Shown: positions 35,375 through 48,137 of the stretch, one piece after another
Layout of the letters: each line of letters begins with the position of its first letter
How positions within the stretch are numbered: the stretch's first letter is position 1
NCBI GenBank assembly: GCA_001643675.2
Contig: LSRY02000056.1
Coordinates: forward strand, 434,001-498,000
DNA: 64,000 nucleotides
Direction: 5' to 3'
From: Monocercomonoides exilis PA203
Lineage: Eukaryota; Protista; Preaxostyla
The notes under the pieces: model-generated
Database searches by the model: none
What the model was told of the DNA's origin: nothing
The model's input: only the letters and a program-made list of their open reading frames with translations
Program-made: the position numbers and the translations under genes

Positions 35375-36262
35375 TACAATTTAAAAAACTTACACTCATT
35401 ATTGGCAGGTTCGATTTTCCTATCCTATGTATATGTAACAATTTGAGCAAAATTAAATCGCAACAAAAGAAAAACAAATATTTATTTCAAGCAGATTGAA
35501 ATTAATTAATAATGAAAAAATTTCATTACAAAATGCAAAAGGAACAAAAAAGAAATGATTTATCAAAAACTAAAATTTGAAGCAAAACTTTGCATATGGA
35601 ATTTTCAGCGATAATATCTTGTCCTCTTGTTTTTATCTTCTTTGTTGAAAACATTTTTCGGAAATGGGAAGATCAGAACTACTGTTTGTTTTTTGTTTGA
35701 TGATAATTCACATAATAAAGAAACGTATCCTTGAAATATTAACTGTGTGCAAAAGAAAAAACATTTCATAAGTTTAGAAATTTCTTACAAAAAGTTTTCA
35801 TTGAATAGAATTAGAATTTCTCAATCAAAAAATATTCAAATGTTTATTTCCAGATAATCTTCAACCTTTGAGCAATGCACTGTTCAATTTTTTAATTTTA
35901 AAATGCTTTGACGTTTATAGAAGAAAACAGCAAAAATTTTAAAGAAAATAACGACTCAATTTTTTCGTAAAAGTAATATTTGATCATTAAAAATCACCTT
36001 TTATAAAATTGAAAGTGATTTCTAACTTGAAAAATTGTTGAATGTAATGAAAGCAGTTCAAATGATAAAGAAAATTAGAAGAAAAAGAGAGAAAGAGAAG
36101 AATAAGAAAGAAAGATGTGGCACAGTGAGAGAATGAGAAAGAACAGCCAAGCAAAAGAAGTGTAAAGAAGTGTGGAGTGATGATTTTTAAATAAAAATTA
36201 AAAAAAAAAGTGACTTTTATTTATTATTTTTGAGATAAAGAAAGAGATTGTGATTTGAGTTG

Positions 36263-39232
36263 TCAGTGTTTGTTTAATTCTTTCATCTGTAAAAGAGATT
36301 CTGTTGTGTACATCCACTTCCTTGCTCTGTCGCTAAGAACATGACATGCTCCCCCAAGATCAGTCGCTCCTATCGCTGTATTCCTCGAAAACACCACACA
36401 ATCGCTCGCTTCATCATAAAACCCACAAATTTCACCGCCAAGCAGCATCTTAATAATCATTGTGCGAATAATCTCTTTTTGTTTAGCTTCATCTTCTTTT
36501 TCTTTTTCTGGTGTTTTCTTCTCCTCACCAGCCTTTTCTGGATAATACTTTCTCCAAAAATAGTCAATTGAAAGTGATTCATACAATTTCGGTGCTTGAA
36601 TAAGTTCAACACGTTGAGCTGTCATGTTGACCAGTCGAGTGATCCTTGACTCAACATCAGCAATGCCAAATTGAGAAAACAGCCTCCACCCAGGCATCTG
36701 CAGAACTGCTGCAACTGCCTTTTCCCACTCACCGCCCAACAAGAAGCCAGCTGCCTCGAGAACGCGATCACGTGCGCCGGGTGTTGGGTTTGAAGACAAC
36801 ACACGTCCGCGGTAGCCCCTTGAGAGGCAGACAAACCGCTTCTTCTGCTCAAGTTGTGAGGATGTGGATGAAATGGACATTGCAAGTGCACTGTTGACTG
36901 TGAGGCCGTGCTGTGCCATAGAGATCACCTCAGACAGCAGCATGCTGAACAGATAAGCAGTCTCAACAATCTCATATGGAATAACATTATGCGGCGCAAC
37001 CCACCCGCTTTTCTGTCTGTCGCTCATTTCTCCAAGAAGAGCTCCCCATAAGTTCTGCCTTTTCCCGTCGTCTCCTTTGTCTGGCGATCCCAACAGATCT
37101 TTTCCAATAGGCAAGTCTGCAATGCCTTCCAGCCACATTCCTGTTTCTCTCAGAATTTCTTTGTTGAATGCAGTAAGTCCCATCTGAGCAATCATGCGAT
37201 GATATTGCGTGCACAGACCAACCTCTCCTTGATACCCTGCAGAGCCGACCTCTTTCACTGCATTCGCTGATTCTTGTGTAGGAATTGCCATTTTTGAAAG
37301 TGCCGATGTTGGTGCTGAATCAGTCTGCTTCCGAAGCATCTCAACAATTTTGTCACCGTTGCGATCATCCAAATCATCAGACTTTGAGGAAGACATGTTT
37401 CTATCTTTAACCTCTCGCAATGCCATCATTTCCAGAGTAAGCGAGCCATTAGCCAGTCGTGACATGGTGTCTCCTAATCCCGTGGCTGCAATCAGCTCAC
37501 GTGCCTCCACATACCAGCCATTCAGAGCCAGAAAGTGGCACAAGCCGATCGAAGAACGCAGGCGGAGGGCAACAGACGCAGGTGTAGGCACAAATCGCAG
37601 GTGCTTCTGAACAAAGCCGTTGAGTGACTTGATCAACGAATGCTTCTCTTCGCGAGAGCTTGCGTCGTTGTCTGCCAGCCGCTGTGTGCAGATGTGGTCA
37701 AGGCGCATCTGTGCAAGTGCTGCAGCTGATGGCATCTCTTCAATGGCAGTGCACAAATGCTGGCCCTCAGCTATCACAGTCACCAGAGGAGCATCATCTT
37801 TCAGAACTTCTAAATACTCGTTTCGGTTGATGTCGGAATCAATGAGGGCATAGCAAGACTCCTGAAGCTGATTTAACCGATGAACAAGTGTAGGTATCGA
37901 ACATATAACCACTCCATCAGTCTTGCTTTCTTCTTCCTCTTCTTCCTCTTCCTCTTCTTTTTCTTCTTTTATTTTACGATTTTGTTCTTTGGCTTTTGCT
38001 TTTCTGATATTAACTATTGCTTTCTGCACTTTTTCTAAGATAAATGGCTCCACACCAGCAGCTGTCAGCGACTCAAGAGTACCCATGATATCTCCACTTA
38101 ATCCCACACTATCTGGCTCTATAACCATCACACGCTTTCTCTTCTCTCTGACTTCATTGTCAATGGATCCCTGAAGTTTTCCTTTTTCCCTCAGCGATTC
38201 TTGTGCGAAGTTAATTCCATATTCATCGCTAAGAGCCTGAATTAACTGATGAAGATCACTCAGAGTCCTGCGCCAGAAGATACGATCGATTTTGCACGTA
38301 GTTTTGCGCACTGCAGCAGCAGTCGTTGATGAAGGTTCCGAAGTCGAAGAAGACTCAGAAGATGGATTAACTGAAGAAAAGAGAGACTCATCAACAGTCT
38401 GGAACTCAGGCGAAAAAATGCGAGAGCTTACCCCTGCTGTTAAAAGTTGAATTTCGATTCCTACAAGTTGCATCAAGGTTATTAAACGAAGTTCAAATAT
38501 TTCTGTTTCGTTTGAGCCTTCCGATTTTATTGGTAGAAATGGCAGCATTGCTCGAAGCTCTTCTGCAGATGAACGCAGAACGGATCCTTTTCGTCCTCCA
38601 GCTTCACCTAATGTTGCAAGAACAGATGCAAGTCTCTGTTTTAATTTTTCTGGTGTTGTTTCTGAAAGTGGAATAACAACACCAACATGTGCCTTTTCTT
38701 TTTTATGTCCTTCAGATTTTTTAGCGGTGCTTTTTCGTTTTTCTTTTGCTTCCTCATCCGCTGCGGCAGCTTCCCCTCCGCCAGCTTTTTGATGCCTTGA
38801 ACGTTCTTTTTTGGGCCTGTCTTGTTTTGCAGGTTTGGTTGTTTTTTCATCAGAAGATTTTCGCTGCTCTTCTATCTCTTCTTTTGAAAGCATCCACCAC
38901 GGTCTTCCATCTTCATAACGATCGATGTCTCCTGGTTTCTTTGAGCTAGCACCAGATACAATTTTCTTTCCATCAGCAGATTGTGCTTTTGAATCCTCTG
39001 CAACAATTTTACTGACATCTGAACTACGAATAACTTCTTCTCCAGATTCTGAAGAAAACGATGAATCAGATGAAAATGATGAAGAACTTTCGTCATCATC
39101 GAAAGATGAAGAAAAATCACTGTCAGTGCTATCATCAAATGAATCCGAAAAAGAATCTGTTGAAGACTCGTCGTCATCAAGTGCTGCAAAAGGATTTGAT
39201 GACGAAGGCTTAGAAGAAGGTTTTGGTGGCAT
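36263..39232 (-). CDS. EIF3C: Eukaryotic translation initiation factor 3 subunit C, divergent, 989 aa
   Basis: Acidic Ser-rich N-terminus, then eIF3c-like blocks EYLEVLKDD, LALNGWYVEARELI, QYHRMIAQMGLTAF, PHNVIPYEIVETAYLFSMLLSEV, ARDRVLEAAGFLLGGEW and YESLSI...IIKMLLGGEI (PCI). Single exon. Confidence 0.85.
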   Translation of the reverse strand: MPPKPSSKPSSSNPFAALDDDESSTDSFSDSFDDSTDSDFSSSFDDDESSSSFSSDSSFSSESGEEVIRSSDVSKIVAEDSKAQSADGKKIVSGASSKKPGDIDRYEDGRPWWMLSKEEIEEQRKSSDEKTTKPAKQDRPKKERSRHQKAGGGEAAAADEEAKEKRKSTAKKSEGHKKEKAHVGVVIPLSETTPEKLKQRLASVLATLGEAGGRKGSVLRSSAEELRAMLPFLPIKSEGSNETEIFELRLITLMQLVGIEIQLLTAGVSSRIFSPEFQTVDESLFSSVNPSSESSSTSEPSSTTAAAVRKTTCKIDRIFWRRTLSDLHQLIQALSDEYGINFAQESLREKGKLQGSIDNEVREKRKRVMVIEPDSVGLSGDIMGTLESLTAAGVEPFILEKVQKAIVNIRKAKAKEQNRKIKEEKEEEEEEEEEESKTDGVVICSIPTLVHRLNQLQESCYALIDSDINRNEYLEVLKDDAPLVTVIAEGQHLCTAIEEMPSAAALAQMRLDHICTQRLADNDASSREEKHSLIKSLNGFVQKHLRFVPTPASVALRLRSSIGLCHFLALNGWYVEARELIAATGLGDTMSRLANGSLTLEMMALREVKDRNMSSSKSDDLDDRNGDKIVEMLRKQTDSAPTSALSKMAIPTQESANAVKEVGSAGYQGEVGLCTQYHRMIAQMGLTAFNKEILRETGMWLEGIADLPIGKDLLGSPDKGDDGKRQNLWGALLGEMSDRQKSGWVAPHNVIPYEIVETAYLFSMLLSEVISMAQHGLTVNSALAMSISSTSSQLEQKKRFVCLSRGYRGRVLSSNPTPGARDRVLEAAGFLLGGEWEKAVAAVLQMPGWRLFSQFGIADVESRITRLVNMTAQRVELIQAPKLYESLSIDYFWRKYYPEKAGEEKKTPEKEKEDEAKQKEIIRTMIIKMLLGGEICGFYDEASDCVVFSRNTAIGATDLGGACHVLSDRARKWMYTTESLLQMKELNKH

Positions 39233-39450
39233 TATTCTAAGTTTTTTTCCTTTTTGATTTGGAAAACAGCCAATTGCGGAATTATCAATGTCTTTTTCGA
39301 AAAAGTTTTATTATGGCTGATAACCATTACAATAATAATTCACATAATTGTTGTGATTTCTGTTTTTTTACATGTAGATTTAGTTTGAGTTATTGTTGTG
39401 ATAACTGTCAATAAAAGAAAGTTCATTTTGTTTTTGAATTTTTTCAAAAA

Positions 39451-42001
39451 GTGATTACTCAAGCTTGTTGCTTTAATCTTCATGAAGGAGAAAGAATTAT
39501 TCCACATGCTTTTTTCACTGGAATTGCATTTAACACTCGAACATTTATTGGGGATGTTACACTAACTAATTATAGGATAGTTTTTTGTCCTTCGTCACCG
39601 AGAATTGTATGAACTCTATATTTTCTATAATTAAAGATTTGCTTTAAAAATCCTCTTTAAGATCCACGAATATGAAATAGAGGGGAAAACACCGAAAATA
39701 TCTGTGCCTTTGATGTCGATTTTAAAATTTGAGCAAGTTTTAATTCGAATTCCTCAGACTGAAATGGAAACAAAAGCAATTTTTTTTGTATTAAAAGATG
39801 CTCGTCAATTGACGTATACTTTTTTTTCTTTGTCTTGCCATTTTTGAAGTTGCAATGATTTGTGCGCTTAATAAAAAGTCTTTTTTCAGATAAAAATAGT
39901 GAGCAGCTTTGTTCTCTCTATTCAGTACTGACTCTATTCTTCCAAATAGACGAAAGGAATACACCAGACGATTTGATATTTGCGTTTAAACATAAACAGC
40001 CAAAATCACCCTGTATTTTAGCAAAAAGCCCGACGCATGCAGAAGAAGTCGAATGGACTCAGTTCGATTTGGAAGCAGAGTACTTTCGAATGGGAATACC
40101 TCCTATTGATGAGCCAGTTGGGGAGCAAGACGACGAATGGAGGATGACAGGCATCAACAAACGCTTCGAAGTGTGCGACACATACCCGCAGCTCATCTGC
40201 GTGCCTTCTTCAATGAGCGACAAGGATATCCGCAAAGTGGCCACGTTTCGAACACGAGGACGCTTTCCGGCGTTGTCTTACAGGCACCCCACAGGAATTT
40301 GCCTGCTGCGTTCGTCGCAGCCGATGAAAGGGCCGTTCTGCCAGCGGTGCTCAGAGGACGAGAAGATGCTCCGGGCGTATGCAGAGATAGGCAGGAGGAA
40401 AAGAGACAGCGCTACACAATCTCCGCCACTGGAGACATTAGATGCGACGATTGAGAGGATAACGAGCATCAAAAAGAGAAAGAAAAAGAAGATGAAAAAT
40501 TGTTTAAATAAAGAAAAAGCAGATGAAAAGGATAGAACAGACAAGGTTGACAAAGAAGACAAGACAGAAGGAGAGAAGAAAGGAGAAGACGAAAGCAAAG
40601 AGAAAGATGAACTAAGAGCAGAAGAGATTGGTAACAAGGAACAACTGGCAGAAATAGCACATTCAGTACAGAACTCAACACAAAGCCCAGAAACATCAGA
40701 AAACAGCACATCACCTCAAGATGATTGCGCACAAATGGAAAATACTCAGTTTATTGCACCTTCAGACATTCACATCATTTCATCACTTTCGTCTTCAACT
40801 TCTTCATTTGCATCATCATCTTCTTCTTCCTCTTCTTCCTCTTTTTCTCCATTTCATTCAACCTCATCAGAATCATCTTGTTCATTCAACCACACCCAAC
40901 TCCTCTCTCACCCAAAGGCCTCTCTACAGGCTGCTCTTTCTGACACATTATCTGCTTCCTCTCCTCTTGCCTGCTCTTTCACTGCCCCTTCACCCGAGTC
41001 TTCCCCTTGCGACTCAGCCTCTCTGTGCTCTTCGTGCCCTGCCGGCAACTCCAGCAGCACGAGCAGCACAAGTTGTACTATCACCAGTAGCACCAGTGTC
41101 ATCACATACACCTCTGCTCTTTCTCTCACATCCACACCCTCTCTTTCACTTACACCTTCTCCTTCACCGACACCCTCATCTTCACCTTCTCCTTCTCCCA
41201 CTCCAACATCCACATCCTCATCCACATCCTCACCCACACCCATCCTCACACCAACTCTTTCATTCACTCAGCCTTCTTCTGCTTCTTCGTCACAGGCACA
41301 AACCCCTGCTTTGCTCTCATCTTCTTGTCATTCTTCATCAGCTGATTCATTTTCAATGCCTGCTCATTTAAGTCCTCTCTTCTCTTCTGACAGCAGCCAC
41401 TTACATATTCACAGCACATCCAACAAGGGATCAGGGAAATGGCTGCCGTTCAGCTGCAACAGCAGCAATATCAGCAATAGCATTATTAATAACACACACA
41501 GCAACCCCATCCTCCCCCTCTCACACCCGTTCTGCCTACCTCGCAGCTCACTCACTCCTATTCCCATGCCTTTGTCTTCATCCCTCAGTGAGCACAGCAT
41601 GTCACCCCCGGGTCTTTCCTTTGGCCCCCATCTGCTTGTGCAGAGGACACTCCACATAGCAGACGCACGGCCGGCTCTGGCAGCATACGGCAACACGTTC
41701 TTCCAGGGCGGGTTCGAAGGGGAGAATCATGTGCCCTTTGCGACGTTTGAGTTTCTGGGGATTGACAACATACACAAGATGAGGAATTCGCTGAAGTGCT
41801 ATGTCGGGGCGTGCTGGAAGGCGATGGAGCCGAATACCACGTGGGATGAGTATGCAGTGAAGATTTATTTATTTATTTATTTCATTGTGAATATTTCTTT
41901 TCTATTCTTTCTTCATTTTTTATTCTTCCTCATCAAAATATTTTTTCAACTTTGCATACAAAAATAATGATCATGGATTTTTCTTTTCTTTTCTTTTTTA
42001 T

Positions 42002-42082
<81 letters not shown>

Positions 42083-43543
42083 CTTTCTTTCTCTCTCTCT
42101 TTGCATTCAACCAGATTTGCCTCCAACGTGATAGAGTCCAACTGGCTGCACCACCTCTCCACCATTCTGAAGTCTGCAGTCAACCTCAGCCGGCTGATGC
42201 GTTCAGGGCAGCATGTACTCATCCACTGCACAGACGGATGGGATCGAACGCCTTCACTTTGCTCGCTTATCAGTTTGATGATGGATCCATATCACAGAAC
42301 GATTGCTGGCATGTTTGTGCTCATTGAGAGGGACTGGTGTGCGTTTGGACACAGGTTTGGGCTGAGAACGGGGTGTAAACTCAAACAGAAGCAGAAGAAG
42401 AACGAGAACTTGAAGGAGAAGGAGAAGGAGAAGGAGAAGGAGAAGGAGATGCAAAAATACGGGGAAATGGGGGAAATGTGTTTGGAGGCGGGTAAAGAGA
42501 GAGAAAGACAAAGAGAAAGAGAAAGAGAAAGAGAAAGAGAAAGAGAAAGAGAAAGAGAAAGAGAAAGAGAAAGAGAGAAAGAAGGCAGAAGTGAAGAGAA
42601 AACGATGTTCAAAGCCGACAAATCAGCCATTTCTCCAACTTTCCTGCAGTTTCTTGACTGTGTGCACCAGCTCTGCATTCAGTTTCCAACTGCTTTTGAG
42701 TTCAACCTGAGCTTTCTGTGTTGCATTGCGAAGCATCTTTTCTCTTGCCGGTTTGGACAATTTCTGTGTGACAATGAAAAGGAAAGGAAAGAAAGGAGGA
42801 TTGTGCAGAGGACGGAGTCGCTGTGGAAGTGGATGGAGGGAAAGAAGAGCAAGTATCTGAACCCAGATTATAAGAAGACAAACACGGTATGTGAATGTGA
42901 ATGTGAATGTGAATGTGGTTGTGGATGTGATTGTGATGCGTGTTTGGAATTATGAAGTGATTTGTGCATATGTGATATTATTGTTTATATGCATTGACGC
43001 AAACTTTCTGATTTGTTCAAAATCATTCAATAATAAAACAATACACACATTTCCGTTCTTTCTTCCTTTTCTTTCTTTTTCTTTTCTTTCTTTTTTTTGA
43101 TTTATGAATAAAATATTTATTTATTAATTTATTTCCTTTCCCTTTTCAACTTTTCAACATCCTTTCAGATTCTCAACCCCTCATTCGACACACTCTCTGT
43201 CTGGTCCATCTACTTCCCCCACCACGCCAAGTTCTTCCGACCTCGCTTTCTCAGCCGTCCTCTGCATCTTGTGCCTCAATTAGCCTCCACACCAACCATC
43301 TTGTCTTCTCTCGCTGGACCTCTTTCAATGTTCTCTTCAACTCCTCGCGCTCAGCTGACTATAAATCCACCTATATTTCCCAATCACTCTAACTCTTTTC
43401 GAACTTCAAACAAAATTCACGATGACTCCGATGAATGCCCGTGTGACCAGGCTTCAAAGGAGGTGGCTATTGAATATGTTCCTGCGGAATTTGTATCTGA
43501 TAATTCCGGGTGCGAAGATGATACTGATAGTGACAGATACTAA
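39451..43543 (+). CDS. Myotubularin-family phosphoinositide 3-phosphatase, predicted active; exons ~39451-39607, ~39662-39813, ~39889-41849, 42115-42886, 43169-43543; start codon not resolved
   Basis: PH-GRAM-like LHEGE...GDVTLTNYRIVF, then EYFRMG, WRMTGINKRFEVCDTYP, FRTRGRFPALSY, RSSQP, IADARP, IDNIHKMRNSL, catalytic VLIHCTDGWDRT, DPYHRT, GHRF, SPTFLQFLDCVHQL, FPTAFEFN. Confidence 0.93.
42001..42100. repeat. (CT)n/(CTTT)n microsatellite in a myotubularin intron
   Basis: Pure pyrimidine tract directly upstream of the 42114 acceptor. Confidence 0.9.
42496..42580 (+). repeat. (GAGAAA)n microsatellite encoding Arg-Glu repeats
   Basis: Translates as ERERQREREREREREREREREREREKE inside the myotubularin exon. 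Confidence 0.9.
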
Positions 43544-43829
43544 TTTAATAATTTAAGCATTTTGTGTTATTTTTTTGAGATTGTTTATAAATTAATAAAA
43601 CAAGCATCGGGATCGATTGCAACGTAAACTCACGTTGCCTTTTGAATTATTTTACGCTGATTATCTTTATTATTGAAAATTTAGAAACGTTTCAAAACGA
43701 AGAAAAATTAAATAGATCAATAATGGATTACGGATCAAGTTCTCACTATCTTTCAAGACATCCTAAGGCAGCATACAATTTTTCACATCGAATCATTAAT
43801 TTATTCTAATAGCTGCATTTTCAATAATT

Positions 43830-46444
43830 ATGATTTGGATTCCTGTCATCTATTGTGAAACTGAAACCATGCCTCAGTTTCATCTCCACCTCTCAGGGAG
43901 TATGCTGACCAATGACGAAACAATATATGACCAGATTAACGAACAATTACTTCGAGATTTATCCAAGCCAGATAGTAAGATAAAATATCACAAAACTGTA
44001 TGGCTACGCAATTGTTTTTCATAATACTTTGATCATTGTCATATCATTTTTGCTAACAGTTAACCCGAGATGTCTGTCCTATAAATGCCTGCCACCCACC
44101 AGAGGCTATTGATAAGTTAACGTTACAACAGTTTAAAGACTCAGGAGGATGGTATGCACTCAAAAATTGAACAAAAATCCTTTTTATTTTTCTTATTCCG
44201 TATAGTTTTCTTGTTCAAGTTCGCCAAGATTCAAAAAGAAGTGGATATTTTACTGAGACTCTCCACGAATTGAGCTTGTCCAAAACGCTTTGCGTGAATA
44301 CCCATGCGAAATTAGTTGGAACCGAAAAAGAATTAGTCACTCTAAGGGCCCAGTATAACAGAATGAAGCAATTAAATTCCGTTCTCACGGATAAATTAGG
44401 AGATTTGCAAGTTGATTATAAAAAGAAGGAACAACAAATTACCGAATACCAGAAATCAAATGATCAGCTTAAAAAGCAAATTTCAAATTTTCAGCGCTTG
44501 CTCGAAGAAGAGAAAAAACGCTCAAAGCAATTGAGAACGGAAGTTGAGAAGCAGAACAAGCAAATTCTGTTATTAGAAGAAGAAAAAGGCAAACTTCTAA
44601 AAGAACTCAGAAAGCCAATTGTTTCTGCAGAGCGTGTTCCCTCAAGCAAAAACGGATTAAAAGATACTCATCCACTTCTGAATGAAGAAGGCGAGAACAA
44701 AGAAAACAAAGAAAACAGAACCAACAAAGACGACAAAGCGAACGAAAGCGAAGAAAGCGAAGACGACGAAAATGCCACTTATCAGTCGCCAACTGCTTCG
44801 CCTTCAGAAAAGCTGCATTTTCTGGAGTCTCTGTCTGAGATGGAGATTGAAGAAGCTGCAGAACACGAAAGAAACATGAGAAAGCATAACAAGAACAATG
44901 GAGCAGAGGAAAAGAGCGAAATAGAATCTGAGAGTGAGTTTGAGACAGAAGAAGAAAAAGAAGAAGAGGAAAACGTCAATGAGAGGGAGAGAGAGGCCAA
45001 AGAGAAGAAAAGAGAGGAGAAGCAAAAGAGAGGACGCATATGCGAACTGAGGCGTGCCGAGCGCCTTAAAACTAAAGAAAACAAGGAAAATTTGAATGAA
45101 AAAGCAGAAGACAACAAATGTACATCAAGTAATTCTCAACAAGAACAAAATTCAAATCCAATCGTGCCAAATGTGTCTCTGTTTTCTCAATCACTGTTTG
45201 CTTCTCCTTCTCATCAGAAACATAATCAAAAAGAAAGTCCTACCTCAAAAACGACTTCTCAAATTTCTTCTTCTTCTTCTTCTTTTTCTTATTCTTTGGA
45301 CTCATCTTCTCCTTCATCATCATCATCTTCTTCTTCTTCTTTTTCTTCAACACCTTTCTCTTCCTCTTTCTCTACCCCTTCTTCTTCCTCAAATGCTGAC
45401 TCTGTGCTCTCCTTCTCTCCTCATTCAGACAGCACTGCCTCTCAACTCCTCTGCAGTGATGATGAACAATCTACAAGTGCTCTTGATACTTCAGCATCAA
45501 ATGACATAACAAACACAAGATTTCCTTCTGTTTCTTCCTCTTCTGCCTCTTCTTCCTCTTCCTCTTCCTTTTCTTTTTCTTCTTTATCTACTCCTTCCTC
45601 TTCCCCTTCCTCCTCCTCTTCCTCTTCCTCTTTGTTTCCTTTTAATCCTCCTTCTTCTCTTTCTTTATCTGCGCAATCTTCCTCTTCCTCCTCCTCTTCC
45701 TCTTCCTCCTCAACAACCCCTCTTTCTTCTCCCCTCACTTCCCTCTCTTCTCCTTCCCCTTCCCCTCCTCCTCCTTCTCTCTCTGCTTCTCCTTCCTCTC
45801 CTTCCTCACAGCGCCTTCGTGAATACTTTTCTTCTCTTTCTCCTCCGCCCGAGCCTTTTGAGAAGAGGAAAATGGAGATAGAAAAATACCTTTCAAACAG
45901 ACCTTCAATTAATGACATGAAAAAGAGACACATTTTGGCTGGTGTGTGGTGATGGTGAATTGATTTTCTAGTTTTTTTTTGATTTATTTTTGTTAAAAAA
46001 AAAGAGAGAGAAAAGAAGAGTTTTGGAGAGATCATCGTTTTCGCAATGAGCTTTTTAATTATTCGAGTTTGTATTTACACGGAGTAATTTCAAATTCTGT
46101 TGTGACTATTTACTTATAATTCTCATTAACTTTGTTATTTCTTCCCCACATCTTCACATATCCTTTTCTTTCTCCTTCTCCTCCTTCTCCTCCTTCTCCT
46201 CCTTCTCCTCCTTCTCCTCCTTCTCCTCCTCTTTTTATTCCACCATCATTTCATCAGAGCCTGGAGCCCATGCGTCTGTTGTGTCTGTAGGCCATTCTCT
46301 TCATTATGACATACACAGAAACCTGCTCAGCCGGAAGCTGAGGAAAAGAGCAGACAAACAGGACTTGATAGACAGAGGAGTGATTAAAAGTGTGTGGGGT
46401 GTTTGAGAGAAGAGAAAGAGATGGAGAGAGAGAGAGAGGGAGAT

Positions 46445-46484
<40 letters not shown>

Positions 46485-48105
46485 AAAAAGAAAAGAACAA
46501 ATGAGCAGAATGCAAATTCGAAATACTCAGAAAATAGTTAAATGTTATTCAAATGAAATATCCACATTTTTATTGTTTTATTGATTCATCACGATTTATT
46601 TCTTTTTTTCATGTAATTTTTTATTTTTCAATCTTTATTTCTTCTCTTCTCTTTTTCTTTTCTCTTCTCTTCTCTTCTGTTCTTTCTTCTCTCTTCTATA
46701 TCAGCTGCCTCCACCACTGTGAAAGAGAAGCAGCAAGCACTCATCAACGCCATGGAGCAGATAGCAACCTCTTCTCATTCAAAAACCCATCAGAACACAC
46801 ACTCAATATTGAATGAAGTCAGAAATTCAGATAAGACTAGTAATAATAACAATAATAGTAATACTAACAATGCAATGGAAGGAGCAGAAAAAGGAGAGAA
46901 AGAAAAAGAGAGAGAGAAAGAGAAAGGAGAACGAGATAAAGAGAAAGGGAAAGACAAGCCAAGAACCAAGAAGCATGGCCCGTCAGAAGTCATCGGCACA
47001 GAAAGAGAGAAGGGGACAGTGGTGATTGATGTGGAAGATGAAGTCTGCTATCTGCCTCCTCTTTCAACTCGTCTGCTCATTCCAAATGCTGACACTCCAT
47101 TCTCTGTTGCGAATGCTTCTTCTTCTTCTCCTTCTGCTTCTGCTTCTGCTTCTTCTTCTGCTTCTGCTTCTGTTTCTTCCTCTTCTTCTTTTAATTCTTC
47201 TTCTTTGAATTCTTCTTCTTCTTCTTCTTCCTCCTCATCTTCCTCTTCTTTTGTTTCTTCTTTCTCGTCTTCCTCTCTTCATTCTCCAACAGAAACAACA
47301 CATCTTCTTGGCCAATTAGAACAATCTCGTCATTCTTCTTCCTCTCCTTCTTCTTCCTCCTCTTCCTCTTCTTCTTCTTCTTCTCTTTTTCCTTCATCGT
47401 CATCTTCTTCTTCTTCACAAAGAAAGAAGGAAAAGAAAAACTCAAAGAAAACAAAAGCATCAGAAACACAACAAACCAATCCTTCTTCTCTTTCTCCTTC
47501 TTCCTCCTCTTCCTCTTCTTCTCTTTCCTCTTCCCAATCTTCCAAACAAACCAGATCTCATTCTTCTTCTCCAGTCAATCTCTTCACTCTTTCTCCTTCT
47601 CCTGTCTCTCGTTCCACCTCTTCTCCTTCTCCCCCTCCTCCTCATTCTCCTGCCATATCTTCCATCCCTTCTGAAACTAATGATCAAAACAATTCTTCGT
47701 TATCAGCTTCTTCTTCCTCCTCTTCCTCTGTTCCTTCTTCTTCTTCTACCTCTTCTTCTTCTTCTTCTTCTTCTCTTTCTTCCTCTCCCTCTCCTCTCCC
47801 AAAGATAACCAAAAGATCCAATTCAGCCCCAGAGGATGATTATGAGCGAGTGTCAAATGCAACAGAGAAAGCAAGGCAGATGTGGTTGAAGTCACAAGAG
47901 AGAGAGAAGGAGAAGATGAAGGAGAAGATGAAGGAAAAAATGAAAGAGGGGAAGAAGAAGACGGAGAAAATGGAGAAAATGGAGAAATCGGAGAAAATAG
48001 AGAAAGGAGAGAAGGAAGGAGAGAAAGGGAAGAAGAAGAAAGGAAAAGAAAACAACTCAGAAAAGACAACAAAAACAGAAGAAACAGATAAAACTAATCA
48101 AATAA

Positions 48106-48137
<32 letters not shown>

